Below, piece after piece: positions 1 through 9,460 of a stretch of DNA of 64,000 nt. Positions within the stretch are counted from its first letter, which is position 1. Every line of letters begins with the position of its first letter. Location of the stretch: positions 248,001 to 312,000 of IMG/VR virus record IMGVR_UViG_3300034072_000926, one strand, 5' to 3'. Position numbers and translations under genes: made by a program. The notes beneath the pieces were generated by a model. It was not told where the DNA came from and made no database searches. It was given only the letters and a program-made list of their open reading frames with translations.

Positions 1-23
1 GCAGGGAGAATTGCGTTGTGTCA

Positions 24-533
24 CTATCCGATATGTTTCCAAGTTTTCCTTGATTTTACGTTCTTGATTGTAGAAACATTAACCGAGAATTTATCAGCCA
101 ACTGAACATTCGTTAGATTAGAATTCCTAATAAAACGGATATCATTTTCTTTGAGGACCGAACAACCGTTTCTTTCTCCGATTGCATTCCTACCTCGAGC
201 AATACAGTCATCAGAATTGTCTTTATGCGTTCCGATAGATAAATGAGATGGTTTCACACATGATGGATTATCACAGGAATGTCGAATGAGCATTCCGATA
301 GGTATGTTTCCGTTATGTGCTTCGTAAGACAATCGATGAGCAAAGATTTGCTTCCCGTTCAGGATTACAAATCCATAACCTTTTCTATCACGAGAGCCTG
401 TCCAGATCAAGCAATCGTTGACCTCTTTAGAGTTTAGATCTATTCTACATTTAGGAGAACAGACTTTCTTAGTCGAGTTGCTATTCACTTGCATTTCATT
501 AGAACATACAAGACATTGGACAGTGTAAGACAT
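24..533 (-). CDS. HNH homing endonuclease (N-terminal Cys cluster, HNH_3-type core, C-terminal HTH)
   Basis: CxxC..C..C N-terminus; 'CLIWTG..DRKGYG..AHRLSY..IRHSCDNPSCVKPSHL..GTHKDN'; HTH-like C-terminus. ATG at 533 preferred over track GTG at 563. Confidence 0.9.
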   Translation of the reverse strand: MSYTVQCLVCSNEMQVNSNSTKKVCSPKCRIDLNSKEVNDCLIWTGSRDRKGYGFVILNGKQIFAHRLSYEAHNGNIPIGMLIRHSCDNPSCVKPSHLSIGTHKDNSDDCIARGRNAIGERNGCSVLKENDIRFIRNSNLTNVQLADKFSVNVSTIKNVKSRKTWKHIG

Positions 534-544
534 CGATCTTGAGA

Positions 545-647
545 TTGAGGAGGTGGGGGCCACGCAAACCCCCGCAAGCTGCTCTGGAACTACCGTTCCT
601 GCGCGAAGAAAGGAATCACCTCCTCAAGAGTAAATTGGGCAGCTTGC
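545..647 (-). ncRNA. Candidate pseudoknotted structured RNA upstream of HNH gene
   Basis: Interleaved perfect helices 545-555/617-627 (11 bp) and 574-582/639-647 (9 bp), plus internal hairpins. Confidence 0.5.
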
Positions 648-649
648 TT

Positions 650-670
650 TGTGGGGCACTAGGCCCCACA
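650..670 (-). terminator. Hairpin directly after the clamp gene stop
   Basis: TGTGGGGC-ACTAG-GCCCCACA, 8-bp stem; no U-tract, so role uncertain. Confidence 0.4.
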
Positions 671-674
671 CTCA

Positions 675-1430
675 TTACTTCTTGCGAGCAGGAAGAATGA
701 ACTTGTATTCGGCAACACCCGAAGCCATCGTGATCTGCAGAGCGCCACGGCTCGAGAACTGAAGCTTGAGGTTTTCGTCAGCACCCAGCTTGAGGATCTT
801 CAGCACTGGATCAATGCCCCAGTGAAGATCGCCACCCAGGTCACCCGAGACATCGTCAGCGATGGTTAGGTAAGCGCGGTGCATGGACGAACCTTCGTCG
901 CCGATGTAGAAGCGCAGCTCGTTCTTGCCTTCTTCGTTCTTGACGGTCTTGACCATGAAGAAGTTTTCGAAGGTGCTATACAGACCTGCAAGAGCCTGCA
1001 GTTCCTTGAGCTTGCTGGCCGAAGGATCAACCTCGACGTCCCAGGTCGTGCCCAGGAACTTAGCCTGGTCAGGAATCAGATCCTTCGACATCAGACGGTA
1101 AGCTGCATTGCTCTTGGTGTTCTTGTTGTTGAACACGATTTCCTCAGGGGTATCAACGCCACCACGATCGCGACGCTTAATGTCGACGGTCACCCCGTCG
1201 CCCTTGTAGAGAGCACTGGTAACCAGACCCTGCAGAAGACCAAGCTGCGACAGACCGAATTCACCCTTGAGGGCTGGTTCGACGGTGGTCAGCTCGCCCT
1301 TGACAATGACAGTGCGATCATTGTCCATAGCTTCGATGATGGTCTTGTCATCAGTGCCGGTGATCTTCACCGTGTCGATGAAGCCAAGGCCACCAGTGTG
1401 CCTTACGATGTCCTGAAATGTTTCACGCAT
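675..1430 (-). CDS. Probable DNA polymerase sliding clamp (gp45-like)
   Basis: 251 aa, beta-rich, close to polB, clamp loader in same window; resembles jumbo-phage clamp family from memory. Confidence 0.55.
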   Translation of the reverse strand: MRETFQDIVRHTGGLGFIDTVKITGTDDKTIIEAMDNDRTVIVKGELTTVEPALKGEFGLSQLGLLQGLVTSALYKGDGVTVDIKRRDRGGVDTPEEIVFNNKNTKSNAAYRLMSKDLIPDQAKFLGTTWDVEVDPSASKLKELQALAGLYSTFENFFMVKTVKNEEGKNELRFYIGDEGSSMHRAYLTIADDVSGDLGGDLHWGIDPVLKILKLGADENLKLQFSSRGALQITMASGVAEYKFILPARKK

Positions 1431-1465
1431 TAGGGAGTTTATCCTTCTATTTGGATGTTTAACCT

Positions 1466-1494
1466 AATCTAGCAATTAGGTGAACGAACGTCAA
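1466..1494 (-). promoter_or_regulatory. Sigma70-type promoter
   Basis: TTGACG-N17-TAGATT (GCTAGATT) upstream of 1430 start. Confidence 0.55.
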
Positions 1495-1497
1495 TAA

Positions 1498-1800
1498 TTA
1501 GATCACCCTGACTTCGCATTGTCCACCGAAACGGCCCTGTCCGTCCGTGTAAACCGCAACTTCGTAACCCTCAGAATCGAGAGTCTTTACGAAGTCACAG
1601 AATGCAGTCATCTTGTCAGCTGGGATGATCCAGTTTGCTGCCTTCACATTGTTGTAGGCAATCATATACCCGGCCCAGCTGAGCTCAGGGAATTCAGCGA
1701 ATAGGAGTTCTCCCGTTCGCCGTTCACTTGAGGACAACTCTTCACGCGAAGGTGCCTTAGTGCGATTAATTAGGAGAACTCTATTCATCTTATTCCTCAA
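1498..1800 (-). CDS. Hypothetical protein
   Basis: 100-aa ORF with 4-nt overlap to polB stop. Confidence 0.7.
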   Translation of the reverse strand: MRNKMNRVLLINRTKAPSREELSSSERRTGELLFAEFPELSWAGYMIAYNNVKAANWIIPADKMTAFCDFVKTLDSEGYEVAVYTDGQGRFGGQCEVRVI

Positions 1801-4800
1801 AAGCTAAAGAGATCATTGAAAGTCGTGTCTTCGCGGGTCTCACTGAGGTCCCACTTCAACACACCAATCAGGTTGTTGATCTTCTTGTCAATGATCGTGT
1901 CTTCCATCGACGCAGAGTCGAAAGGAAGTTCCTTATACCACTCCGGAATGTTGAGCTCGTCGATTGGATAGGCAACGCTGTCCATCTTCAACGGGTTTGG
2001 CTTCAACTTGCAAACAATAACCTTCTGACCATCGCTGATTTCCATTGCATAATGGTCATTGTAGAGCTTGCGGAGAGTGTTCCAGTGGATAGACGCTTGA
2101 ACGTGTCCAGGAACCCTAACCTTTTCCTTCGGGCCGGATTTCAGAATATCTTTCTTGCCATCACCTGCGGTTAGGCGGTCAACATATCCCGTAATACCGT
2201 TCACCTTCTTCGGCGTTCCCTGAAGATATCCAGGCAAAGCACGGAAGTCCTTACGGAACTCACGAATCATATCAAAGATCAAATCCTTGCTTCCTCCGTC
2301 TAGCAGAGTGGTAATGATCTTTTCAAGAAACTCTTGCATAATCTTTGGCGTATCAGCGCGCTTGAGATCCAGACCAACGGCCTTGATCTTACCAGGCTTA
2401 CCATTAACGTCAAGACGCACCCCATCCTTGTCATACATCAGAAGAGCATAACGCTTCTTAGTGATGAACAAACCACGGCTTGCAATTAGTTCTCGACCTG
2501 CCTTAATGATTGCACCGCGTTCAAGACCAGTATTGAATGCCTGATCCATGAAGGGTGGGAAGCTATCGTTGACCTCGTCACCGATACCATCATAGAGACT
2601 GATCATTGCCTCACGACTTTCCAGCATCGAAGCCAACTCTGGATCTGCCTTCAGCATGTGATATGCGGTGAAGTAAACCGAGTCAGTATCGTTGTATAGA
2701 ATTGCATCACCACGAACGTCATAGACACCAGTGATGATTTCGTTGGCCTTGCTGCTCATGTGCTTGGTAATCGTTCGACCCGTCAAGGTAACCGACTGAC
2801 CAATACGAGCGTCATAGAAACGACAACCCTCATTGAGAAGCGCACCATATAGGGAGTTCAGGAGGATCTTACGAGCCTGCTGACGCTGATTCCAGAATAC
2901 TTCGTGTTCTTTGGCTTCCTTAAAGTGTGATTCGTTGATGAAGATTTTGCCATCATCAATCCTAATCGCACCTTGCTCAATTAGGCTTCGGAGCGAACTG
3001 GCATCCTTGGCTTTTACAAAGTCTGCCAATTCAGCAAAGCTGGCAGTTTCGGTTGCATACTGAGACATGATTGCGTCAATGAATTCAGTATCGATGGAAT
3101 CACCCTTCTTGAGAGCAAAACCCTTGGACTGTGCTGCTGCTTCACTGTAGACAGTTTCTTTGAACTGCATTGCCTTACGTTCGGAATACCAGCGAGCCAG
3201 AAGGCCCGGAATGACTGCCTCAACGTCAGTACGGAAGATCGTTCCATTTGCAGTGATGCAGTAGGGATTGCCCTGAAGGAAGATATACTCATAAAGCTGA
3301 GCACCGGTGACTTCTAGGGTGTTGCCATCCTCAAAGTCAACAACCATCTTCTCATCTGTGCGATCAGCGACCATCTGGTATTCGAGAGTGCTGAACAAGC
3401 CTTCCCAACATTCTGGACCAGGAGTACCCTGAGCCAGACGACTGTCGATGAGCGCGTTAGTGCGCTGAAGCCTGATCTGTCCAACGAGAGTCTCTGGGCC
3501 CATGTTAAGCGCACGGAGCGCAGATGGATACAGGGAGTTAATGTCGCAACATGCAATCTCATCATGCAGGCCAATCTTCGGCTTTGCCACGTATGCGCCG
3601 ACAACTGGTCGCTTACCATCGGCAAACTTGAAAGATGGGGTGCCATCTTCATTCTCTTCGTCGTCATTGTCGAAGTCATCATCAACATCGACTTCGAAGT
3701 CTGCGCGCTTCCTGTTTGGAACGCACATGCCACGACTGTGGGCTTCATTGATGATCGACTGCTCAATTAGAGCCACCGAACCCATCGTGGTTGGCAAGAG
3801 AACAGTATTTGCGTGAGCAATCTGATTTGCTAGACCGATGAAACGCTTCTTCTGGTCAATCTTATAGAGTAGAAGAGTGTCCTGGCGGTTGTATTCGAGG
3901 AATAACTTGAAGTCCCTCTTGTAGAGGTTGTCCAGGGTGCCGTTGTAGGCAACCTTATTTTCCTTGACCTCAATCTCACCCACGTAGTCTAGACGATAAC
4001 TGTGGAGTTCCTGAGGATTATGCTTCTTGTAAAGCTCAAGATAGTCAAGGTGAATACGACCAATCAGGTCATATGTATTGTGCTCTTTCTTGAACTGGGT
4101 GTACTTCTTCCGGCGAGGACGCTGGTTCCAAAGGCACATCCTCTTACTGTGGTCTTTGCCCATCAATCGCTCGATGCGGTTCACCACGTAGGGAATATCG
4201 AAACCCTTGGAGTTCCATCCGCTCAATACGTCCGAGTCCTCAATGAGGTCTAGGAAGATGTCAAGCATCTGAACTTCGTCATTACACAGAATAGTATTTG
4301 GTAGACTCTGACAGATCGCTTCTGCGGCTTCCCAAGTCAGGTGATCCTTATCGGATTCTGGCAAGTTAGGCTTTAGGCAGAGAGTGTATAGTTCGTTGTC
4401 TTGAGAGCGATGGACTGAGATAGCTGTGATTGCGCTGAACGGATCATCCGGACGAGCGAAGCCTCGCTGAGGATCAAAGTCCACCTCAATATCGAAGAAA
4501 GCCAGATTCAGTTCTGGCGATTCAGCGCCTAGATAGTTCTCCTCGAGACAACGAAATACCGGATTGATATCGCTCTCGTAGGTCTTGCGACTACCCTGCA
4601 TCCTTAGTTCAGCTTGGAACTTCTTATGCGAGGTGTAGGAACTTTTGGAAACTGGTCGACCCCACATGTCTTTGTAGCGGCCGGCGCGAGGATCTTCATA
4701 GTAGAAAACATAATTGGCAGGTAGCGAACGAAACACTCGCTGACCATCAATGCGCTCTACGATGAGAATCTCGTCCTTTTCTTTGTCGTGCATTGCATCA

Positions 4801-4811
4801 ACGTAGGACAC
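1797..4811 (-). CDS. polB: Family B DNA polymerase with 3'-5' exonuclease
   Basis: ExoI FFDIEVD, ExoII GWNSKGFDIPY, ExoIII YNRQD; motif A DINSLYPS, motif B KILLNSLYG, motif C YNDTDS. Confidence 0.97.
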   Translation of the reverse strand: MSYVDAMHDKEKDEILIVERIDGQRVFRSLPANYVFYYEDPRAGRYKDMWGRPVSKSSYTSHKKFQAELRMQGSRKTYESDINPVFRCLEENYLGAESPELNLAFFDIEVDFDPQRGFARPDDPFSAITAISVHRSQDNELYTLCLKPNLPESDKDHLTWEAAEAICQSLPNTILCNDEVQMLDIFLDLIEDSDVLSGWNSKGFDIPYVVNRIERLMGKDHSKRMCLWNQRPRRKKYTQFKKEHNTYDLIGRIHLDYLELYKKHNPQELHSYRLDYVGEIEVKENKVAYNGTLDNLYKRDFKLFLEYNRQDTLLLYKIDQKKRFIGLANQIAHANTVLLPTTMGSVALIEQSIINEAHSRGMCVPNRKRADFEVDVDDDFDNDDEENEDGTPSFKFADGKRPVVGAYVAKPKIGLHDEIACCDINSLYPSALRALNMGPETLVGQIRLQRTNALIDSRLAQGTPGPECWEGLFSTLEYQMVADRTDEKMVVDFEDGNTLEVTGAQLYEYIFLQGNPYCITANGTIFRTDVEAVIPGLLARWYSERKAMQFKETVYSEAAAQSKGFALKKGDSIDTEFIDAIMSQYATETASFAELADFVKAKDASSLRSLIEQGAIRIDDGKIFINESHFKEAKEHEVFWNQRQQARKILLNSLYGALLNEGCRFYDARIGQSVTLTGRTITKHMSSKANEIITGVYDVRGDAILYNDTDSVYFTAYHMLKADPELASMLESREAMISLYDGIGDEVNDSFPPFMDQAFNTGLERGAIIKAGRELIASRGLFITKKRYALLMYDKDGVRLDVNGKPGKIKAVGLDLKRADTPKIMQEFLEKIITTLLDGGSKDLIFDMIREFRKDFRALPGYLQGTPKKVNGITGYVDRLTAGDGKKDILKSGPKEKVRVPGHVQASIHWNTLRKLYNDHYAMEISDGQKVIVCKLKPNPLKMDSVAYPIDELNIPEWYKELPFDSASMEDTIIDKKINNLIGVLKWDLSETREDTTFNDLFSF

Positions 4812-4903
4812 TTAGATTCTCCTTATTCTTATGTTCTTGGGTGCTTATTTACCATAACACCTATTCGATCTAGAATGCGATATTCAGGTGAACTAGAAAC
4901 AAG

Positions 4904-4929
4904 AACGGGTGACCCGAAGGTCACCCGTT
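4904..4929 (-). terminator. Rho-independent terminator
   Basis: 11-bp perfect stem AACGGGTGACC, UUCG loop on minus strand, followed by CTTGTTTCT. Confidence 0.8.
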
Positions 4930-4938
4930 TGTAGGCGC

Positions 4939-5193
4939 TTAGGCGCGGCCGACGGCGGCGAGGACTTCCTCGACTTCGTTGACTGCTTCCTTCTCGCTCT
5001 CCAGCGATGCCTTGTAGGCATAGCGGATTGCCTTGTTGATCACAGCAGGCTTGAGGTTCAGTTCCTCAGCAACAGCCTTGACAGTGTCCTTGAACGAACC
5101 CTTGAGGTCTTCAACTTCCTGAGTGATCTTCAGACCTTCGTCGATGATGCGCTTCAGCTTCTTGGCATCTTCGGCAGTAAGAGTGGTGCTCAT
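4939..5193 (-). CDS. Small dsDNA-binding protein (T4 DsbA/GapR-like)
   Basis: 84 aa helical, 'LKRIIDEG..EVEDLK..KDTVKAVAEELNLKPAVINKAIR'. Confidence 0.6.
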   Translation of the reverse strand: MSTTLTAEDAKKLKRIIDEGLKITQEVEDLKGSFKDTVKAVAEELNLKPAVINKAIRYAYKASLESEKEAVNEVEEVLAAVGRA

Positions 5194-5255
5194 TTTGTTC
5201 TCCTTGCGAGCGTTTGTAAACTCACATTACGGAACACCACTCTCCTATGTCACTA

Positions 5256-6020
5256 TTATTTCCACCTTTTTACGACACGGAGGCAACGAGCGGTCTGGTC
5301 ATAGAGAACATCTAAAGCGCCAGGATCCAAAATAGCATCCTTATGCACCGCTGAATAACTCATGCTCTGTGAGGGAGCCTCAGGGGCAGGAAGGCCGGAT
5401 TCTTTCGCATCCCTCTTGGCTTTCTTGTAAGCGGCTTCAGTTTCTGCCAGAGCTTGGTCCATATCGTCAACCAATTCATCATTGGTTCCCTTAACAACCA
5501 TCATCCTCTTGCTTGCGATGAAGTCAATGACCTTGGCATAATCGTCCAAGTTGTCAAACTCGATGATAGCAACTGTTCGCTCATCATTGTTCACAAAATC
5601 CCAACGACGCTTTAGTGCTTCATGGGCTTTGGTAACGAAACTTGCATCGGCAAAATTGATATAGGTGTCAGTCTTAGACATCCAAGGAATGCCCTTATAC
5701 ATCAGCACACCGAGAGCAGCATCTAGCTCTTCACTGGTCGCAAACTGAATCGAATTGTCTGGAATACCATCTGCCGAAGATTCTTCACTACCCATGTCAT
5801 CCATCGCAGCATCGAGATCAACCTCGACTTCATCTTCTACGACTTGTGGCTTTGGAGACTTCTTGGCACGAGTTTCGAGTTCTTTGACCTCGGTTGCCTC
5901 CAGTGCCATTTCTTCTGATACGATTCGGATTGCGCTTTCGAGCAATTCGCCCTTAGTCATATGACGGGCAACACGGAACTGGGCCTCGGTCACTAGGGCT
6001 TCAAAGATTAGATCTTTCAT
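5256..6020 (-). CDS. Acidic hypothetical protein
   Basis: 254-aa ORF, GGAGG RBS, TAAATA box at 6046-6051. Confidence 0.75.
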   Translation of the reverse strand: MKDLIFEALVTEAQFRVARHMTKGELLESAIRIVSEEMALEATEVKELETRAKKSPKPQVVEDEVEVDLDAAMDDMGSEESSADGIPDNSIQFATSEELDAALGVLMYKGIPWMSKTDTYINFADASFVTKAHEALKRRWDFVNNDERTVAIIEFDNLDDYAKVIDFIASKRMMVVKGTNDELVDDMDQALAETEAAYKKAKRDAKESGLPAPEAPSQSMSYSAVHKDAILDPGALDVLYDQTARCLRVVKRWK

Positions 6021-6048
6021 GGGATACCTCCTAAAGGTTATCCCGTAT

Positions 6049-6321
6049 TTACAACTTTAAGGGAATCATTCCTGCCCAAGTGATCTTGAACAACATAGCA
6101 TCCTGTGGATCTGCAAACCAAACACCATCGTCGTGCGGATTGACATCTCCTTTGCAATTATCAAGGAGCCATTCTCTGATGTTATCGTCCCAGAACACCG
6201 CAAGCTGATCATCATGCTTTTGTGTCATCTTCCGACGAGGAGGAAGACCAAGATCTTCCCAGAATACCGTTACACTTCGAAGCGTAATGACAATCGGATC
6301 AAAGTCCTCTGACTCACTCAT
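6049..6321 (-). CDS. FKLxW-family small protein
   Basis: 'IREWLLDN...WFADPQDAMLFKITW'. Confidence 0.75.
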   Translation of the reverse strand: MSESEDFDPIVITLRSVTVFWEDLGLPPRRKMTQKHDDQLAVFWDDNIREWLLDNCKGDVNPHDDGVWFADPQDAMLFKITWAGMIPLKL

Positions 6322-6743
6322 CCCCAGGCCAACTTGAACATTGCTGCATCACCCTTACGGCGGAATTTATAGCGGTAGGGATTGATCTTGATGTAGCCGG
6401 CTTTCGAACAACTGGCAACCCATTCAGCAATCTCTTTGCGAATGTCTTCGGGAGACTCGCCTGCAATCTCACGATTCGCTAGTTTCGGAGTGTCGGCGGT
6501 TATCACAGTCCCATAGAAGACAGACCACCAAAGCTTCGGGTTCCGCTGCTTCATGAACATACCGGTCAGAAACAATATAAACGGCATTGCCATAACCCAT
6601 AGGTCAGGAGTCTTCATAGGATTGCCCATGAGCACACCGATACTGATTGGGATATAGAGCCCGGCCGAAACCGCAACAGTGCTCATAAAGAGTGGACCAC
6701 CATCGCTGGCCATGATCCACTCTTTAAAGGACGTCTTAGCCAT
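6318..6743 (-). CDS. Membrane protein with C-terminal FKLxW domain
   Basis: Two hydrophobic segments then 'IAEWV...KFRRKGDAAMFKLAW'. Confidence 0.75.
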   Translation of the reverse strand: MAKTSFKEWIMASDGGPLFMSTVAVSAGLYIPISIGVLMGNPMKTPDLWVMAMPFILFLTGMFMKQRNPKLWWSVFYGTVITADTPKLANREIAGESPEDIRKEIAEWVASCSKAGYIKINPYRYKFRRKGDAAMFKLAWG

Positions 6744-7165
6744 TACCAGCTGGCTTCTACCGTGATCGCGATGATCTCGCCATATTCGGTAGTGACCTTG
6801 CCCTTGAGGCTCTTGCGCTCATCGGCCCAGAAGTCGTTCTCATATTCACGAACTTCGCGATCCGTGCCACAAAGCTTGTTGCCCTCGTCGTCTTCGCTGG
6901 GACGATGAGTGGACAGACGAGTCCAATTCGAGGCTTCGAAGATTGCTGGCCAGAACTTCTGCTGCATTTCGCCGCTCTGTTCCTTGGTCACAATGTTGAA
7001 CTGATTGCGGACCAGTTCAGGCTCGTCCTTGATCTTGTCCATCAGAGCCTGGAGACATTCCGAACTCGTGAACTTCTTGATCTTGCCGTCTTCATCGTCG
7101 CCGAAATAGCCGCCACCGAGGCCAGTAACGCCGATCCCTGCAATTGGATGAATGATATTGCTCAT
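6743..7165 (-). CDS. Hypothetical protein
   Basis: 140-aa ORF translationally coupled on both sides. Confidence 0.75.
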   Translation of the reverse strand: MSNIIHPIAGIGVTGLGGGYFGDDEDGKIKKFTSSECLQALMDKIKDEPELVRNQFNIVTKEQSGEMQQKFWPAIFEASNWTRLSTHRPSEDDEGNKLCGTDREVREYENDFWADERKSLKGKVTTEYGEIIAITVEASW

Positions 7166-7434
7166 ATTTGCCTCCTGTAATCTGGCTTATGGATGCGCTT
7201 CAAATCTCGCACAACATCATCCAGAAGCCCCAAACCCAGTATAACAAGAATCATACCATAAAACAAGAATCCCCAGGTCGGTGCATTGCCCTTAAAGGCA
7301 GACCAAGCAAAGAGAACCCCCTTGCAGCAGAACCCATAAAGTGCAAGGCTTGCGAGGAGAGAAACGAACCCTCTGATCCGTTCCTTCCTTCGCAGCTTTT
7401 TACGCAGTTGGCCTACTGTGAGCATCAGCCCCAC
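7162..7434 (-). CDS. Small membrane protein
   Basis: Basic N-terminus and two hydrophobic helices. Confidence 0.65.
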   Translation of the reverse strand: MGLMLTVGQLRKKLRRKERIRGFVSLLASLALYGFCCKGVLFAWSAFKGNAPTWGFLFYGMILVILGLGLLDDVVRDLKRIHKPDYRRQI

Positions 7435-9416
7435 TTGGCCTTTGCTTCGACAATGCTGATCACATTGTCGCTGCCGATGAGCTGTCGAGCCTTGACCAGC
7501 TTGCTCGAATTGCCAGTGGGGTCCTTGGCCACGAGGTAGGTCGTATCCTTGTTGATCGAGCTGCCGATACGACCGCTACGGGCTTCAATCTTGGCCTCGA
7601 GTTCCTTGTCACGAATGCCGGTGAAGACTACCGTCACGCCATCGAGGTCGCCACCAACAACCTTTTCCTTGGGAGCAACGAGCGTATAATAGCCGTCGAT
7701 GTCGTCGAGGAATGCACGGAAAGCCGGCAAGTTGTCCACGATGGTAGTCGCAATGGTCGTGCCGAAGCCTTCGACCGCGGCGATTTTCTTAGCCAGTTCC
7801 GCGTTGGGAGTATCGACCAGAACCACTTCGTTGCCCAGAGCCTCAATGAGCTTGGTCATCTTCCGGCGCCCGATGCCGCGACCGAGCAAGTTGGACGACC
7901 CGGCGAGGATGCCCAGTTCCACGTTGGCCAGCTTTGCCTTCAGACCTTCATAGATCTTCTTGCCCGCCGAATCACCAACAGCCGCCTTCAGTTCAGCTTC
8001 AGTGGCCTTGATGATCGCCGTCGGATTGGTCAGACCGGCATCGAAGAGCTTCTCGATGCTGCCCTCGCGCAGATGAGCCGTATCCAGTCCACCGCTGCCG
8101 AACATTGCAGCGATGATCTCCAGCTGAACAGCCTTGTTGTTCGAGGTGTCGGTCATAACCAGATCGACCTGACCATCCGTCCATTCCATCGGACCGAATT
8201 CGCTCTCAAGCGGTTCCTGCCAGACCGAAGCCGGTTCGACAACCTTCTGGATGAAGGGGATCACATCGCCGGAGCGCGTGATCTGAATCTTGGCGCCTGG
8301 GCCAATCAGCTTGTCGCGAATGAACTTGGCGTTGAAACCGGTTGCGTAGGTGATCGTTACCCCGACGAGATCGACGGGCTTGATTTCCACACGCGGCTTG
8401 AGATAGCCGGCCTTGCTGGGGTTCCAGTGAACCTTGACCACTTCAGCGATTGCCACGTTGTCGTCGCTGCCGATTTTGAACTTGCGCGAATACATGGGGT
8501 TGATCGACGAACTGTTGCGACGCAGGTTGTCTCGCAAAGTCGCATCATCGAGATCGATTACCAGGCCGTCGATTGCCGTCTTGGTTTCCGCACGACGCTT
8601 TGCCAGCAGAGCGGTCAGGAATTCGTCGGTGAGTTCACGACCATATGCCGTAACATACGGAGTAACTTCGTAGCCTGCCGCTTCCAGTGCCTTGAACTGT
8701 GCCAGCTTGCCCATCTTGGGCGAGACAATCGAGGTCGCGATAACACGAACGTTATCGTAGAAGTCCTTCGGACTCTCGCTTGCGTTCATGCGTCCCGCAA
8801 CATAGTTGCGAGCATTCTTGTAGACGCGACCACCATCGGCTTCGGCCTGTGCCTTCATTGCCGCGAAGGTTTCATCTTCCATGATAACTTCGAGGCGTAC
8901 GTCGTATCCACCGATGTTCATAACATCCAGCGAGCGGGGCATGTTCTTGATGCGCTTCATGTGTCGCGTGATATCCGCGCCCTGGAAGCCATTGCCGCGC
9001 GAATAAGCAATTCGGAGTTCGCCGTCCTTGGCATGACAGTTGAGAGCCGAAGTGCCGTCCTGTTTGTCCGAAATGACGAACAGTTCGTCTTCCCAACCGT
9101 TCGACTGGATCCACTTGATCGTGTCGCCCTCATAGACCTGGTCCAGAGAGCCCATCGGATGGGGAAGGTCGATTTTGCCGCCACGCACATCGGAGCCGAC
9201 TGCCTCGAGGAACTTGTTCTTGGGATCGATGCTCTTCAGCATCTTCTCGAGCTCGTCATATTCGGCATCGCTGATGAACGATTCGCCGTCGCCGTTGTGA
9301 TATTGATCCGACGCCTCGGTCAGAATGTGGACGAGCATATCAGGGGTGGCTTCAATCTCACCGCTGATGATCTGCTGGGATGCTTCGACCGCATCGAAAA
9401 GCTGAACCGTGGTCAT
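7425..9416 (-). CDS. ligA: NAD+-dependent DNA ligase
   Basis: Ia domain 'YHNG..ISDAEYDEL', motif I KQDG, 'SRGNG..G.DIT', IDGLV, OB 'TRSGDVIP', HhH, C-terminal BRCT 'VFTG..INKDTTYLV'; no Cys4 zinc finger. Confidence 0.95.
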   Translation of the reverse strand: MTTVQLFDAVEASQQIISGEIEATPDMLVHILTEASDQYHNGDGESFISDAEYDELEKMLKSIDPKNKFLEAVGSDVRGGKIDLPHPMGSLDQVYEGDTIKWIQSNGWEDELFVISDKQDGTSALNCHAKDGELRIAYSRGNGFQGADITRHMKRIKNMPRSLDVMNIGGYDVRLEVIMEDETFAAMKAQAEADGGRVYKNARNYVAGRMNASESPKDFYDNVRVIATSIVSPKMGKLAQFKALEAAGYEVTPYVTAYGRELTDEFLTALLAKRRAETKTAIDGLVIDLDDATLRDNLRRNSSSINPMYSRKFKIGSDDNVAIAEVVKVHWNPSKAGYLKPRVEIKPVDLVGVTITYATGFNAKFIRDKLIGPGAKIQITRSGDVIPFIQKVVEPASVWQEPLESEFGPMEWTDGQVDLVMTDTSNNKAVQLEIIAAMFGSGGLDTAHLREGSIEKLFDAGLTNPTAIIKATEAELKAAVGDSAGKKIYEGLKAKLANVELGILAGSSNLLGRGIGRRKMTKLIEALGNEVVLVDTPNAELAKKIAAVEGFGTTIATTIVDNLPAFRAFLDDIDGYYTLVAPKEKVVGGDLDGVTVVFTGIRDKELEAKIEARSGRIGSSINKDTTYLVAKDPTGNSSKLVKARQLIGSDNVISIVEAKAKWG

Positions 9417-9460
9417 CTAAACTCCTTGTGTTTCCGATCTATATCACGTGATAACACAGG

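Noticed and set aside
545-647. Canonical HDV/theta, twister, pistol or hammerhead ribozyme, or group I intron 5' half
   Set aside because: Topology is HDV-like but 36 nt separate P2 from P1' and no catalytic J4/2 is present; other consensus cores are absent; no interrupted exon is evident upstream. Kept only as an unclassified RNA.
1797-4811. Intein or intron in polB
   Set aside because: The ORF is continuous; the insertion lacks splice-junction residues and LAGLIDADG motifs.
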